Assembly (NCBI GenBank): GCA_051251915.1
Contig: JBPOGF010000009.1
Location: 32,001-96,000, forward strand
DNA: 64,000 nt
Origin: Akkermansiaceae bacterium
GTDB lineage: Bacteria > Verrucomicrobiota > Verrucomicrobiia > Verrucomicrobiales > Akkermansiaceae
Direction of reading: 5' to 3'
Shown here: positions 49,587 through 59,650 of the stretch, in pieces
Layout: every line of letters begins with the position of its first letter
Numbering within the stretch: the stretch's first letter is position 1
The notes under the pieces: generated by a model
Database searches by the model: none
Told to the model about the DNA's origin: nothing
What the model saw: the letters and a program-made list of their open reading frames with translations, nothing else
Made by a program: the position numbers and the translations under genes

Positions 49587-50687
49587 CTATCTATGGGCAA
49601 TTTTTAAAGCTTGGGTAAATTTGTTGCGACATAACTTTTCCATATATCTACGTTTATCATTTATCGTGTCACGCTCACCACCTTTAGATAGTTCCTGCCA
49701 AAGCATAAGATTTTTGTTCGGTTGTTTTTCAAGTTCGCTAAACTCTTTTCTAACCATAGGAAGAACTCCTTCATTCCACCACAGGTCAGATCCTTCTGGC
49801 CACTCTGGTAAAATAGAACACTTCATCATAAGTTCATATGAATCTGGATATAGGTGGTTTTTAAGGTATTCATCTAAGCTTGTGTGTTCATAACGTTTCG
49901 CCGTTTCCGAGAAGGTTTTTAGCCTTTCAAGTGTTTGCTTTTCACGACAATAGTAATTTCTCCAAAATTCAATAGATTCGAGAATTTTAGCGACTATAAG
50001 ATGACAGGCGGCACCAGCACGGCTTCTGTTATCAGAAATATCTGGTAATATTAGATTTTTCCCTAGGTTTATAGCATTACTAATAGCTTCTGAATCAGCT
50101 GTATATTTAGAGTTTCTAGAGCGAATCGAAGGCATTGTTAATGAGTTTTCGGCACATGCCATGAATTCTTTGGGGTGAACTAAAGCCAGGCGCGTAAAAG
50201 CTTCGCTAAGCATTTTCGCTTGATACCACAACTTAGAGCATGCTTCAGGTGCATTATTGCCAGCTAGACGAATCAATTGCCTATTCAGGTAGTCAGCGCG
50301 AGAAGCTAGACATTCTATAGCGAGGTCGTTTCTATCTACTTCTAAGCCTTCTCTACGCCCTTTTTCTGTGGGGTGGTTTTCAAATTTGAGTAATCCTGAT
50401 CTAATTAGTTTGAGTAATGTTGTCGTTCCTTTATCTATAGTTTGATGAGCTTCAGATAAAGCGGTTTTAGGGTCTTCTTTGATGAATTTTTCTTCGGCAT
50501 CATGCTTAGATAAAGCATCAACCTGATTTGGAGTTTTTGTCTCAAGTTATCTTATTTCTTCACTTCGAAGGTATTCCAGTTCGGTGAAATCACTCGCTTT
50601 GAATAGAAGTTCTTTTCTCTCAGTTAATTTTGGAGGAATTGAGGGGATAAATTTTTTATCACAGTTATCGTTATTGAGGTCACTCAC
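49587..50687 (-). pseudogene. Hypothetical protein with an internal nonsense codon
   Basis: The frame of ORF 49587-50276 continues upstream to GTG 50687 with a single TAA at 50547-50549. Confidence 0.6.
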
Positions 50688-50754
50688 TATATATCATTGC
50701 TAATGTTTTCATTTATATTAAGATTTCATTTAGGTTGGCATTACGAAGTTACTT

Positions 50755-51360
50755 CTACAGCTCATCTGTTTTAAAGGTTGTGTACCCCTCATAGTAGTAG
50801 CTCACATCGATTCCTTTGATATAGACTTCTCGGTCGCTGATCTTTGAGCTTAGGGCCTGTTTGAGGAGGTGTTTGATCTCGATGTCTTTCACCACGCTAC
50901 GCTCCATCGCCATAAGGTAGTCTTCTTTACCGATCTGATTCCAATCCACCACTTGTTGCAGTTCTTGTTTAAAGATGAGGTCTAGCCAGATTCTCGTTGC
51001 TCTACCATTGCCCTCTCTAAACGGGTGGGCAACATTCATCTCCACATATTTCTCTACAATAAGCTCAAAGGTGTTCTGAGGCATTTCGTCAATGTGCTCA
51101 AGCGAAGGCCTCAAGAACATCACAGAGGCAAAACGAAAGCTCCCTTTTGCGATATTGACTTCTCTTAATTTCCCAGCGGAACAGTCAATCTCATCAAAAA
51201 GATACTCATGAATGAAGGCGAGACCAGCATAGGTGCCGACCTCGACTTTATCAATATCACCAGAATCGAAGAGCTGCTTTGCATTTCTCTTGCTGATTTC
51301 CTCCTCCGCTCTAGCAAGGGAAGCTTGGTCATTGATGTTCAATTTGTTTTCTAAGATCAT
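50755..51360 (-). CDS. fic: Class III Fic AMP-transferase
   Basis: HPFREGNGRATR; C-terminal inhibitory motif SYYYEG. Confidence 0.92.
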   Translation of the reverse strand: MILENKLNINDQASLARAEEEISKRNAKQLFDSGDIDKVEVGTYAGLAFIHEYLFDEIDCSAGKLREVNIAKGSFRFASVMFLRPSLEHIDEMPQNTFELIVEKYVEMNVAHPFREGNGRATRIWLDLIFKQELQQVVDWNQIGKEDYLMAMERSVVKDIEIKHLLKQALSSKISDREVYIKGIDVSYYYEGYTTFKTDEL

Positions 51361-51433
51361 GCTACTTTTTCTAGTCCTATTATCATACTTAACAAACAGC
51401 CAACTTGCAAGGAAGAGGAGTATTTAAAACTCC

Positions 51434-51470
51434 AAAAAAGCACCAGATCACTGAGAGATCTGATGCTTTT
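51434..51470. terminator. Intrinsic terminator hairpin
   Basis: AAAAAAGCACCAGATC...GATCTGATGCTTTT. Confidence 0.7.
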
Positions 51471-51519
51471 GAAATTGTTTGCTAATCTAATCGTCGCAAT
51501 TTAACAGACGTTCGTGATA

Positions 51520-51638
51520 ACCAATGGAACTGAGCTAATGCCGTTGATTTGAGCCATCTTGTGCATGCCATCTCTCCATCTTACAGCTAGACCTTAGTTG
51601 TTTGCAGATCCATGATTTCACTTGTAAGAGCCTTATGC
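51520..51638 (-). pseudogene. Decayed duplicate of the rpsG 3' end (about 40 codons)
   Basis: Aligns to 52829-52950; exact 18-mer TGAGCCATCTTGTGCATG at 51550 and 52861. Confidence 0.85.
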
Positions 51639-51648
51639 CCCCTAGCGA

Positions 51649-52647
51649 TCAGTCTGCTATCACCTCATCAAACACCTTACTAAACGCCTCATAGTCCTCG
51701 AATTGAGGCATATGCCCCAAGCCCTCCAACTCATACAACTTCGACCCCTTGATCAACGCCTGCGTTTTCTTCCCCAGTTTATCATACTCGCCCAGAGTTT
51801 TCGTCACACCAGACTTCTTCCATCCTCTCCCTGGTCCAGTCTTATCTCTAGTGCCAATGACAAGATGTGTCGGAGTAGTAATTTGTGGAAATTTCGCCAC
51901 GATGTTCTCTGAGAAAATAGGCCCATATGTTAGCGCATTATTCCAAGCCACTATCTCCCAGTCACCACCCGCAATCTGCCCTTCAGTTGGAACTAGCAGC
52001 TCTTCATAAGCATCAGACCACTTACCATCATAATAATTCTTCTGTTGATATGCCCTCGCCTTATCAAGAGTTTTCCCTAGCTCGTTTTGATAGAAAAAAT
52101 CCGTATCCTTAAACTGCGCATACTTCCCATAAGCCTCTAAACCAATAGGGTTAATTAAAATTAATTTATTCAACACCTCAGGATAATCCACCGCAAACGT
52201 AGTCGCCACCATTCCCCCCATCGAATGCCCCACAATATCATATTTCTTGAGATCCAGACTATCTAACAACGACTTCGTATTCAACGCCAACTGCCCCAAA
52301 CTATACTGATAAGCCTTAGGCTTAGAAGATTTCCCAAAACCAATCTGATCCGGAATAATCACCCTATAGCCCTTCTTTACCAAATCCTTAGCAATCCGCT
52401 CCCAATAGAATCCAGAGAAATTTTTACCATGCAGCAAAACAATCACCTTCGTAGAAGATTGATCCCCCACATCCATATAACGCATCTTCAACTCCTGATT
52501 CTGAGTCTTAAGACGATAAGTGCTAACCTCAAACGGATAATCAAACCCATCTAACTCCTGATTATATTTAACCTCAGCCGCAGCCTGAGCACTAACCGGC
52601 ACCACCAATGCAGTAGCCGCCACCAAGACCATAGATAACATCTTCAT
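51649..52647 (-). CDS. Secreted alpha/beta hydrolase
   Basis: LLHGKNF, PDQIGFGKS, GHSMGG, GHMPQ; start MKMLS. Confidence 0.88.
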   Translation of the reverse strand: MKMLSMVLVAATALVVPVSAQAAAEVKYNQELDGFDYPFEVSTYRLKTQNQELKMRYMDVGDQSSTKVIVLLHGKNFSGFYWERIAKDLVKKGYRVIIPDQIGFGKSSKPKAYQYSLGQLALNTKSLLDSLDLKKYDIVGHSMGGMVATTFAVDYPEVLNKLILINPIGLEAYGKYAQFKDTDFFYQNELGKTLDKARAYQQKNYYDGKWSDAYEELLVPTEGQIAGGDWEIVAWNNALTYGPIFSENIVAKFPQITTPTHLVIGTRDKTGPGRGWKKSGVTKTLGEYDKLGKKTQALIKGSKLYELEGLGHMPQFEDYEAFSKVFDEVIAD

Positions 52648-52743
52648 TCCTTTAAATTGAGTAACCATATTCGCGAAAAATATGCCAGTTTCACCACCTG
52701 TCAAGTAGAGGTAAGTTTTCTCTCCATATCTAGCTTTCAGTAC

Positions 52744-52776
52744 AAAAAAATAGTGAATCACCTTACGATGATCCAC
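52744..52776 (-). terminator. Terminator after rpsG
   Basis: GTGGATCATC-GTAA-GGTGATTCAC-TATTTTTTT. Confidence 0.7.
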
Positions 52777-52826
52777 CAAAATATATTTCTTAGCTCGTGA
52801 CAGGCTAGACGCCTGCTACTCGTTGA

Positions 52827-53300
52827 CTACCAACGGAAGTGAGCGAACGCACGGTTAGCCTGAGCCATCTTGTGCATGTCATCTCTCTTTCTTACTGCTG
52901 AACCTTGGTTATTTGCAGCATCTTTGATTTCGTTAGAAAGGGCCTTGTGCATTGGCACACCCTTTTTGTTACGAGCAAATGTTACAAGCCAACGCATTGC
53001 GAGTGACTCAGAACGCTCAGGAGCTACCTCGAGTGGCACCTGATATGTTGCTCCACCTACACGGCGAGACTTAACCTCTACGCGTGGCTTTGCATTCTCG
53101 ATTGCACGTGTGATGACCTCAAGTGGATCAACAGTGTCAGTGCCTTCGTTTGCTGTTTCGATTGCCTTATAAACAATCTTCTCTGAGATAGAACGCTTAC
53201 CGTCCTTCATGACCTTGCTGATTAGTGTTCCCACCAATTGGCTGTCATAACGTGGATCGCGGCGATCCTTCTTTGCATTTACTGCTCTTCTGCGAGACAT
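52827..53300 (-). CDS. rpsG: 30S ribosomal protein S7
   Basis: EVKSRRVGGATYQVP; MAQANRAFAHFRW. Confidence 0.98.
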   Translation of the reverse strand: MSRRRAVNAKKDRRDPRYDSQLVGTLISKVMKDGKRSISEKIVYKAIETANEGTDTVDPLEVITRAIENAKPRVEVKSRRVGGATYQVPLEVAPERSESLAMRWLVTFARNKKGVPMHKALSNEIKDAANNQGSAVRKRDDMHKMAQANRAFAHFRW

Positions 53301-53342
53301 AGTATTAAATAGTTATTTGATTAAAATTGATTGAGCGAAAGA

Positions 53343-53717
53343 TTACTTCTTAGGCTTCTTAGCTCCATACTTAGAGCGAGATTGCTTACGTCCGTCTACT
53401 CCGAGAGTATCAAGCGCACCGCGAACGATGTGGTAACGAACACCTGGCAAATCCTTCACTCTTCCACCACGGACTAGCACGATGCTGTGCTCCTGGAGGT
53501 TGTGACCTTCACCACCGATGTAGGCGATTACTTCTTGGCCGTTAGTGAGACGAACTTTAGCTACCTTACGGAGAGCTGAGTTAGGCTTCTTTGGAGTACG
53601 AGTCATTACCTGAAGGCAGACTCCGCGTCTTTGTGGGCAGTTAGCAAGCGCACGTGATTTAGACTTCACTTCTGGAGTCTTACGGCCCTTACGAACTAGT
53701 TGATTAATTGTTGGCAT
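53343..53717 (-). CDS. rpsL: 30S ribosomal protein S12
   Basis: [32 protein letters not shown]. Confidence 0.98.
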   Translation of the reverse strand: MPTINQLVRKGRKTPEVKSKSRALANCPQRRGVCLQVMTRTPKKPNSALRKVAKVRLTNGQEVIAYIGGEGHNLQEHSIVLVRGGRVKDLPGVRYHIVRGALDTLGVDGRKQSRSKYGAKKPKK

Positions 53718-53850
53718 ATAGCTATTTGTAGGTGGGAGCTTGCTGAAAGGTGATAACTCCACGGGACCCTCCCATATCATTAAAATCAACCTGCTTACTC
53801 CCTTTATTAATATTGATTAATAGAGTCTCTTTCTGCGCGAGACTCGGGGT

Positions 53851-53892
53851 GGGCGGCGAACTTACTCAGATTTAACGATCTGACAAGCCCTA
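53851..53892 (-). promoter_or_regulatory. Putative rpsL promoter
   Basis: TAGGGC-TTGTCA-16bp-TAAGTT-CGCCGCCC. Confidence 0.7.
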
Positions 53893-53983
53893 ATTTAGAA
53901 TCCCAGAGACTTTTTCTCAAAAAACCGCACAACTTAACAAAATTTAAATAAAAAAATCCACCCCAACCACCAATCCTACACAA

Positions 53984-55525
53984 CTACGACTCATCACCTA
54001 TTTCTTCAGCAGCCGCCTCGTCATCTTCTATAAGAGACTCTATCGCTCCCGCCTCATCCTCTATCTCTTGCTCCATCATATCTGCCACGGCAATAGCACC
54101 AACTGCAGCTCCCACCATCGCCCCAGCAGCCACACCCGCGGATACCCCGGCATCGCCTCCTTCATTATCCTGCATACTCTCAGTCCCCTCCTCCACATCA
54201 AACCCAGCCGAATCAAGACCACCCTCTCCCCCAGACCATCGCTCCTTTTCTTCCTCCAGCTCCTTCAGCCACTCACCTGAAACATTCTCCTCTCTAAACT
54301 CCTCAATCTCAGGAATCACCTCTCGACTAAACCCCTCATGCGGCATGCGCTCTGCAGTCCTATGATTAAAAACATCATACGCCAAAAACCCCGTCACCCT
54401 GTGATGACTCGCAAAATAATAATATGAGCCGTATCCACGATAATCATCATAATAAAAAAGACTACTCCGCATCCTACGTGACCACCCCAACCTCTTCTGC
54501 GCCCCCTCTTTCTTCATTGCCGGTATCTGCTGAAGCCATTTAGACTTATCCCCCCTCACTCGGCCACTTGGATTCCTGCGCCACTTTTGACTCACCCGGT
54601 TAATACTCTGCACCCTCTGGTTTCTATCTTCCTCCTCAGACTCTAAATAACTGATCAAGTTCGATGCGTAATCATATTTTTTCGAGACCGCATGAACTTT
54701 AGCAGCCAAAACCCTGAACTCATCAGGAACTCTCGCCAAGATCGCGTCTGGCCCAAGCGTTTGAAAATAATCCCCAAATATCTTCTCGGCATGCTCCCTC
54801 ACTATCCCTTCAAAATTAAACTCCCAGCCATTCAACTCATCAAAATGCCTCACCAACTCTACAGCCTCATCCCTCACCTTCTCAGTAATCAATAACCGCT
54901 CCTTCAACCCGCGCACCTCTTCCAGTATCGCCTCATAACTATCCGCAACTGACCGCAACGACCTCTCCTGAAATAACCCCGCCACCCTAACTCTATACTT
55001 CTTCTCCTTAGCAGCCTGAAAAGTAATCACCTTCCACAACTTCTTCAACCCACTATCCACCCGCAACTCATGACACCCCCTCTCATACAACCATTGAAAC
55101 TCCACCGCCTCATAGTCTCCCAGCTTAGACTCCTCCTCACCCAACTCATCCTTCGCGTCACACACACCCTCCACATATCTAGCCGAATCCGCCTCTAACA
55201 ACTCATACCGCCCCTGAATCACCTCATGCCCCTTTAACTCATCACGCTCACTTAACTTCAGCTTCCTCTTAGCCAGTAAACTCTCATACAACCCAGCCAA
55301 ATGACTCACTCCCCACTCTCTACTAAGCTGCTCCAGCTTCCCCTCATCCAACTTGCCACCTAGCAATCCAGCCACCAACTCAAGCCGCGCACCTTGAACC
55401 TCTAGCTGATACTGATCCCTCTCTCCCATCAACTGCGCTATCTCTGCACGATATTCCTCCGCTTGAGATTGGTACTCATTCACCGCTTGATCGGCCTCGC
55501 GTATCGCTTGTCTCTTAGTCCACAT
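53984..55525 (-). CDS. Hypothetical helical/coiled-coil protein with acidic tail
   Basis: 513-aa ORF overlapping the end of the upstream glycosyltransferase gene. Confidence 0.7.
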   Translation of the reverse strand: MWTKRQAIREADQAVNEYQSQAEEYRAEIAQLMGERDQYQLEVQGARLELVAGLLGGKLDEGKLEQLSREWGVSHLAGLYESLLAKRKLKLSERDELKGHEVIQGRYELLEADSARYVEGVCDAKDELGEEESKLGDYEAVEFQWLYERGCHELRVDSGLKKLWKVITFQAAKEKKYRVRVAGLFQERSLRSVADSYEAILEEVRGLKERLLITEKVRDEAVELVRHFDELNGWEFNFEGIVREHAEKIFGDYFQTLGPDAILARVPDEFRVLAAKVHAVSKKYDYASNLISYLESEEEDRNQRVQSINRVSQKWRRNPSGRVRGDKSKWLQQIPAMKKEGAQKRLGWSRRMRSSLFYYDDYRGYGSYYYFASHHRVTGFLAYDVFNHRTAERMPHEGFSREVIPEIEEFREENVSGEWLKELEEEKERWSGGEGGLDSAGFDVEEGTESMQDNEGGDAGVSAGVAAGAMVGAAVGAIAVADMMEQEIEDEAGAIESLIEDDEAAAEEIGDES

Positions 55526-56999
55526 AATTTTGTTTTGTTAGTAATTTTTCTACAGCCCGTTGATTATCACAATCACCTCTCAAACTATTCACTCCATCCT
55601 TCACCAGATCTTTGATAGCCCGCAACTGCTGCCCCCAAGACATCCCCGCCTCTGTTAAACTCTCCTGAATCTGAGCCATCTTTAATAACTCCACCCCTAG
55701 CAACTTCAGCACCTCACCACCAACATCCTTCTCAGAAGCCGCAGCAATACACCTCTCCTGCCACCCCTCACCACCATCACATTCAACCACAAAAACCTTC
55801 CACAACCGGTAACACTCACTCACAGACTCCGCTCCCCAATACCCCAAACTATAAGACTCAAGAGCCAGAAGCGCCATCGAAGCCTCAAGCCTTAACTCCA
55901 CATTAGCCGCACTCCCTCTCAAACAAGTCGTCACCATCTCATACGCAGCCACACTATCACCAACAGCGTAATCCCTACTCATAAGCCCCCCCGGCACCCC
56001 TGCCTCCAAACCACACCTAATCTCTTCTAACAAAACCTCACGAGAACAATCCAGATCCACCACCCCATGCCAGCCCGCCTCCGCTCCTTGCTCCACTCTT
56101 CGCTCCTGCACATCCATCCCCTTCGTCTGGACAAAAAACAAACTATTCACCCCCGCCGCCATCAACTCCTCATACGTATTATACCCCGCCGCACTCACCG
56201 CCAGATCCACCCCATTAAAATACCGACTCACCCCACACTCAGTCACCGCCACCACATTATCTTTACCATAAACCTTCTCACAACTCGAGAGTGCCCCATA
56301 ACCCAATATCACCTTCACATCGAAACTCAACAGCACATCCAACAACTTCCCAACCTGCTCCTCCGCCTCAGCATCACCCCCTCCACCCGCTGAAAGATAA
56401 ACTAATTTCTGCCCACCACTCACATGAAAATACTCCCTCACCCGCTCCCGCCCCCAAGCCTCAGATCGCTCAAAATTATGCACCTTCCCCACAAACTTCA
56501 CCCTCCCTAGCACCTCATCACCATATGAATAATCTTGCCTATACTCCTCATCATCCGGAACAAGAATCTTATCAAACAACGGCAAATGCGCCTGATGAAC
56601 ACGCGCCCCCCTATACTCCGACCTCTTATGCCGGTCTATCAAAACACGGTTCTTCGCAAAATCCTTCACAAACGCAAATTCCTGAAAACTCCCCTGCGCA
56701 ATCGTATCCATCACCAATAAATCAGGCGAGAAATGCGCCAGCATACCACTCACCATCATCTTCCCATTCGCCGCATACCGGCTAGCCGCCCCCCTTCGCC
56801 CCTGAAACCCCGCCCTGCTCGGAATCTTAAACACCGGAAAATCTCGCACCAAATAATCCGCCTCACTCGTCGTCAAAAACTGAATATCCGCCTCCTGCCC
56901 AAGCATCTCTAACAAACACCTCAACTTCTTAGCCACAGCATAGCACCTACTCAGATGCCCCAACCCCTGCCCATTGATCGCATAAAAACACACCTTCAT
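55515..56999 (-). CDS. GT-B glycosyltransferase (GT28 C-terminal-like)
   Basis: NGQGLGHLSR, SAGGGG, DLAVSAAGYNTYEEL. Confidence 0.8.
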   Translation of the reverse strand: MKVCFYAINGQGLGHLSRCYAVAKKLRCLLEMLGQEADIQFLTTSEADYLVRDFPVFKIPSRAGFQGRRGAASRYAANGKMMVSGMLAHFSPDLLVMDTIAQGSFQEFAFVKDFAKNRVLIDRHKRSEYRGARVHQAHLPLFDKILVPDDEEYRQDYSYGDEVLGRVKFVGKVHNFERSEAWGRERVREYFHVSGGQKLVYLSAGGGGDAEAEEQVGKLLDVLLSFDVKVILGYGALSSCEKVYGKDNVVAVTECGVSRYFNGVDLAVSAAGYNTYEELMAAGVNSLFFVQTKGMDVQERRVEQGAEAGWHGVVDLDCSREVLLEEIRCGLEAGVPGGLMSRDYAVGDSVAAYEMVTTCLRGSAANVELRLEASMALLALESYSLGYWGAESVSECYRLWKVFVVECDGGEGWQERCIAAASEKDVGGEVLKLLGVELLKMAQIQESLTEAGMSWGQQLRAIKDLVKDGVNSLRGDCDNQRAVEKLLTKQNYVD

Positions 57000-57162
57000 A
57001 ATAAACAACCTAAATAGACCGCCCCTCCAGCACACACAACATATCACAACCGTTCATAGCATTTATAAATAATACTTGGAAAATAAATGTCAAGGTTCTG
57101 CAAATCAGCAACAAACTACCTATAGATTAAAGATTACATTGCCATCCTAGACTACCATCACT

Positions 57163-58482
57163 ATGCTCTCACTCACCATGCAAGTCATCACCAGATTTAT
57201 CACCATCATCTCCCTCACCAGTTTTGCGCTTTCTACACTAAGCTGCAAAAACAAAAAAACTCTGAGTTCATCCACAAAAGAAACCCAAGAAGAAAAAGCC
57301 GAGTCCATCAAAAGCGCCTACACAACAACAAACGACTTCTCTGACACTCAAAACGAAAAAGAAATAGCCCAAGACCTCCTCAACAGATTCGGCGAAGCCT
57401 TAACCGCTAAAAACCAAAAGAAAATCGCCAGTATCTTCTCAGGACAACCACTCGCTGACCTCTGCATAGAAAACTTAAGCACAAAAACCTCCTCCGCTGA
57501 GAAGGAGAAAATCACCAGCCAGATCACCAAAACCCTTCCACTTGTATTCACACAATTTGCAACCCTCCTAGATTTCGATGAAATCGAAATTCTCAAGATT
57601 GAGAAAATATCTGATCACGAATTTGCGGCATACACCCGAGAATGGGATGACTCCATGGAAACCTACGCCAGATCTCGGTGGTGGTTCACCCTCATCAACA
57701 AAAAGTGGTGCCTATACGACTATGAAGATATCGAAGGTGGCACAAGAATGTCCACCATGCTCGTCGTCATGCTCTCCTCAGACATTAAAGGCAACACCTG
57801 GATCAAACCCTATCAAGAACTCACACTCATGCTTCAAAACCTAGACAGCATGAATGACATAGACTTTAACCTCTTCGTTAAAAACGGCAAAGCAATCATG
57901 GATGCTAACCCTCCCGAAGCCGTCAAAATCTCAGCATCCATTATCTACCTAGGTGGCTTAATCCAGTCAGAAAAATTTGAACTCGCCAGCGACACAGCCA
58001 CCACAATGCTAACTGAATACCCAGATCAACACATCCTCCATTACTTCTTAGGCACCAGCCAATATGGATTAGGAAATTACAATAACGCCCTCGCATCATT
58101 CAAAACCTACCAGCAAAATATGGGGACCGACTCCGAGACCCTCATGCTCCAAAGCGACGTCTATTATGAACTAGGAGACCACAACGAAGCCAAAAATTAC
58201 AGCCTACGAGGCTTAGCTATGAACCCAAGGCACGCCGGATGCATAGCCAGCTACGCCGTACTACTAAAAAAAGAGCAGTGGCCAGAGCTCCTCCCCATGA
58301 TCAAGAACACAAAAAAAGACCCCGAAGCATATGAAATCATCCTAGACTACGCCATCGCATGCGATAAACAGGATCTCGCCAAATGGCTACTATCCAACTT
58401 CAAAACAAATCACCCCTCAGAAACAGATCTCATCGAATACTACGACAGCGAGCTCCTAGAAGATTCACAGGAAACTGACTAA
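57163..58482 (+). CDS. TPR-containing lipoprotein
   Basis: Lipobox TLSC; TPR-like YFLGTSQYGLGNYNNA. Confidence 0.7.
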   Translation: MLSLTMQVITRFITIISLTSFALSTLSCKNKKTLSSSTKETQEEKAESIKSAYTTTNDFSDTQNEKEIAQDLLNRFGEALTAKNQKKIASIFSGQPLADLCIENLSTKTSSAEKEKITSQITKTLPLVFTQFATLLDFDEIEILKIEKISDHEFAAYTREWDDSMETYARSRWWFTLINKKWCLYDYEDIEGGTRMSTMLVVMLSSDIKGNTWIKPYQELTLMLQNLDSMNDIDFNLFVKNGKAIMDANPPEAVKISASIIYLGGLIQSEKFELASDTATTMLTEYPDQHILHYFLGTSQYGLGNYNNALASFKTYQQNMGTDSETLMLQSDVYYELGDHNEAKNYSLRGLAMNPRHAGCIASYAVLLKKEQWPELLPMIKNTKKDPEAYEIILDYAIACDKQDLAKWLLSNFKTNHPSETDLIEYYDSELLEDSQETD

Positions 58483-58520
58483 TTCCTTGCATCTCGCCTC
58501 CCACACTTTATCAAAAAGCC

Positions 58521-59640
58521 ATGTCCGAAACCTATAACGCTGACCTCCTGGCAGTAGATCTTGCATCCATCGATGACAGGATAGCTACACTCAGGAGGTA
58601 TCTTTGACGTCCCAAAACTACAGCTCGAGCTCGAAGAACTTGAGCACATCATGACAGAAAGCGACTTCTGGGACAACCCCACCAATGCACAAGCCAAAGT
58701 CGCAGAGTCAAATGCCATCAAGCGTAGACTCCTCCCATTCCTAGAACTAGAACAGCGCTCAGCAGACCTCGCCGAGCTCATCTCCCTAGCCAAAGAATAC
58801 CAAGACGCCGACTCAGCACTAGAAGCTGCAGATGAATTTAAAGCCATCACCAACCAGCTAGACAAATTCGAGCTCATCACCCTACTAGACAAACCAAACG
58901 ACCCCTCCAGCTGCTACCTCACCATCAACTCCGGAGCCGGCGGCACAGAAGCCTGTGACTGGGCAGAAATGCTCATGCGTATGTACACCCGCTGGGCCAC
59001 AGCCAAAGGCTACAAAATCTCATCCGTTGACTACAAAGAAGGAGACACCACAGGCATCAGCGCCGCCACCGTCAAAGTCGAAGGAGAATACGCATACGGC
59101 TACCTCAAAAACGAACGCGGCGTCCACCGCCTAGTCCGCATCTCCCCATTCGACTCCGCAGGAAAACGCCACACCTCATTCACCTCCATCGATGTCACCC
59201 CAGAAATGGACGACTCCATCAACATCGAGATCAACCCCGCAGACCTAGACATCCAGACCGCACGCTCAGGCGGTGCAGGTGGCCAAAACGTCAATAAAGT
59301 CGAAACCGCCGTCATCCTCAAGCACAAGCCAACCGGCATCATGATCCGCTGCACCCAAGAGCGCTCCCAGCTCCGCAACCGTGAAGTCGCCATGGAAATG
59401 CTCAAAGCCAAACTCTATCAAATCGAAGAAGACAAACAAAAAGCCGAGTCCGAGCGCGCCTACGGCGAAAAGGGCGACATCGGCTGGGGCAACCAAATCC
59501 GCTCCTACGTCTTCCAACCCTACCAAATGGTAAAAGACCTCCGCACCGGTGAAGAAAGCGGCAACATCCAAAACATCATGGACGGAGAAATTGACCCCTT
59601 CATCGAAGCCATGCTTAAGGGACAAACAAAATCCAAATAA
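58521..59640 (+). CDS. prfB: Peptide chain release factor 2 (programmed +1 frameshift)
   Basis: SPF and GGQ motifs; ATG 58521; slip site at 58602-58608. Confidence 0.96.
58593..58608 (+). other. prfB +1 frameshift cassette
   Basis: AGGAGG-TAT-CTT-TGA-C. Confidence 0.95.
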
Positions 59641-59650
59641 CTCAAATCTT

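Noticed and set aside
53718..53850. Hairpins in the rpsL leader (GAGTCTC...GAGACTC; TATTAAT...ATTAATA)
   Set aside because: Possibly regulatory, but I cannot assign them to a known RNA family from one sequence
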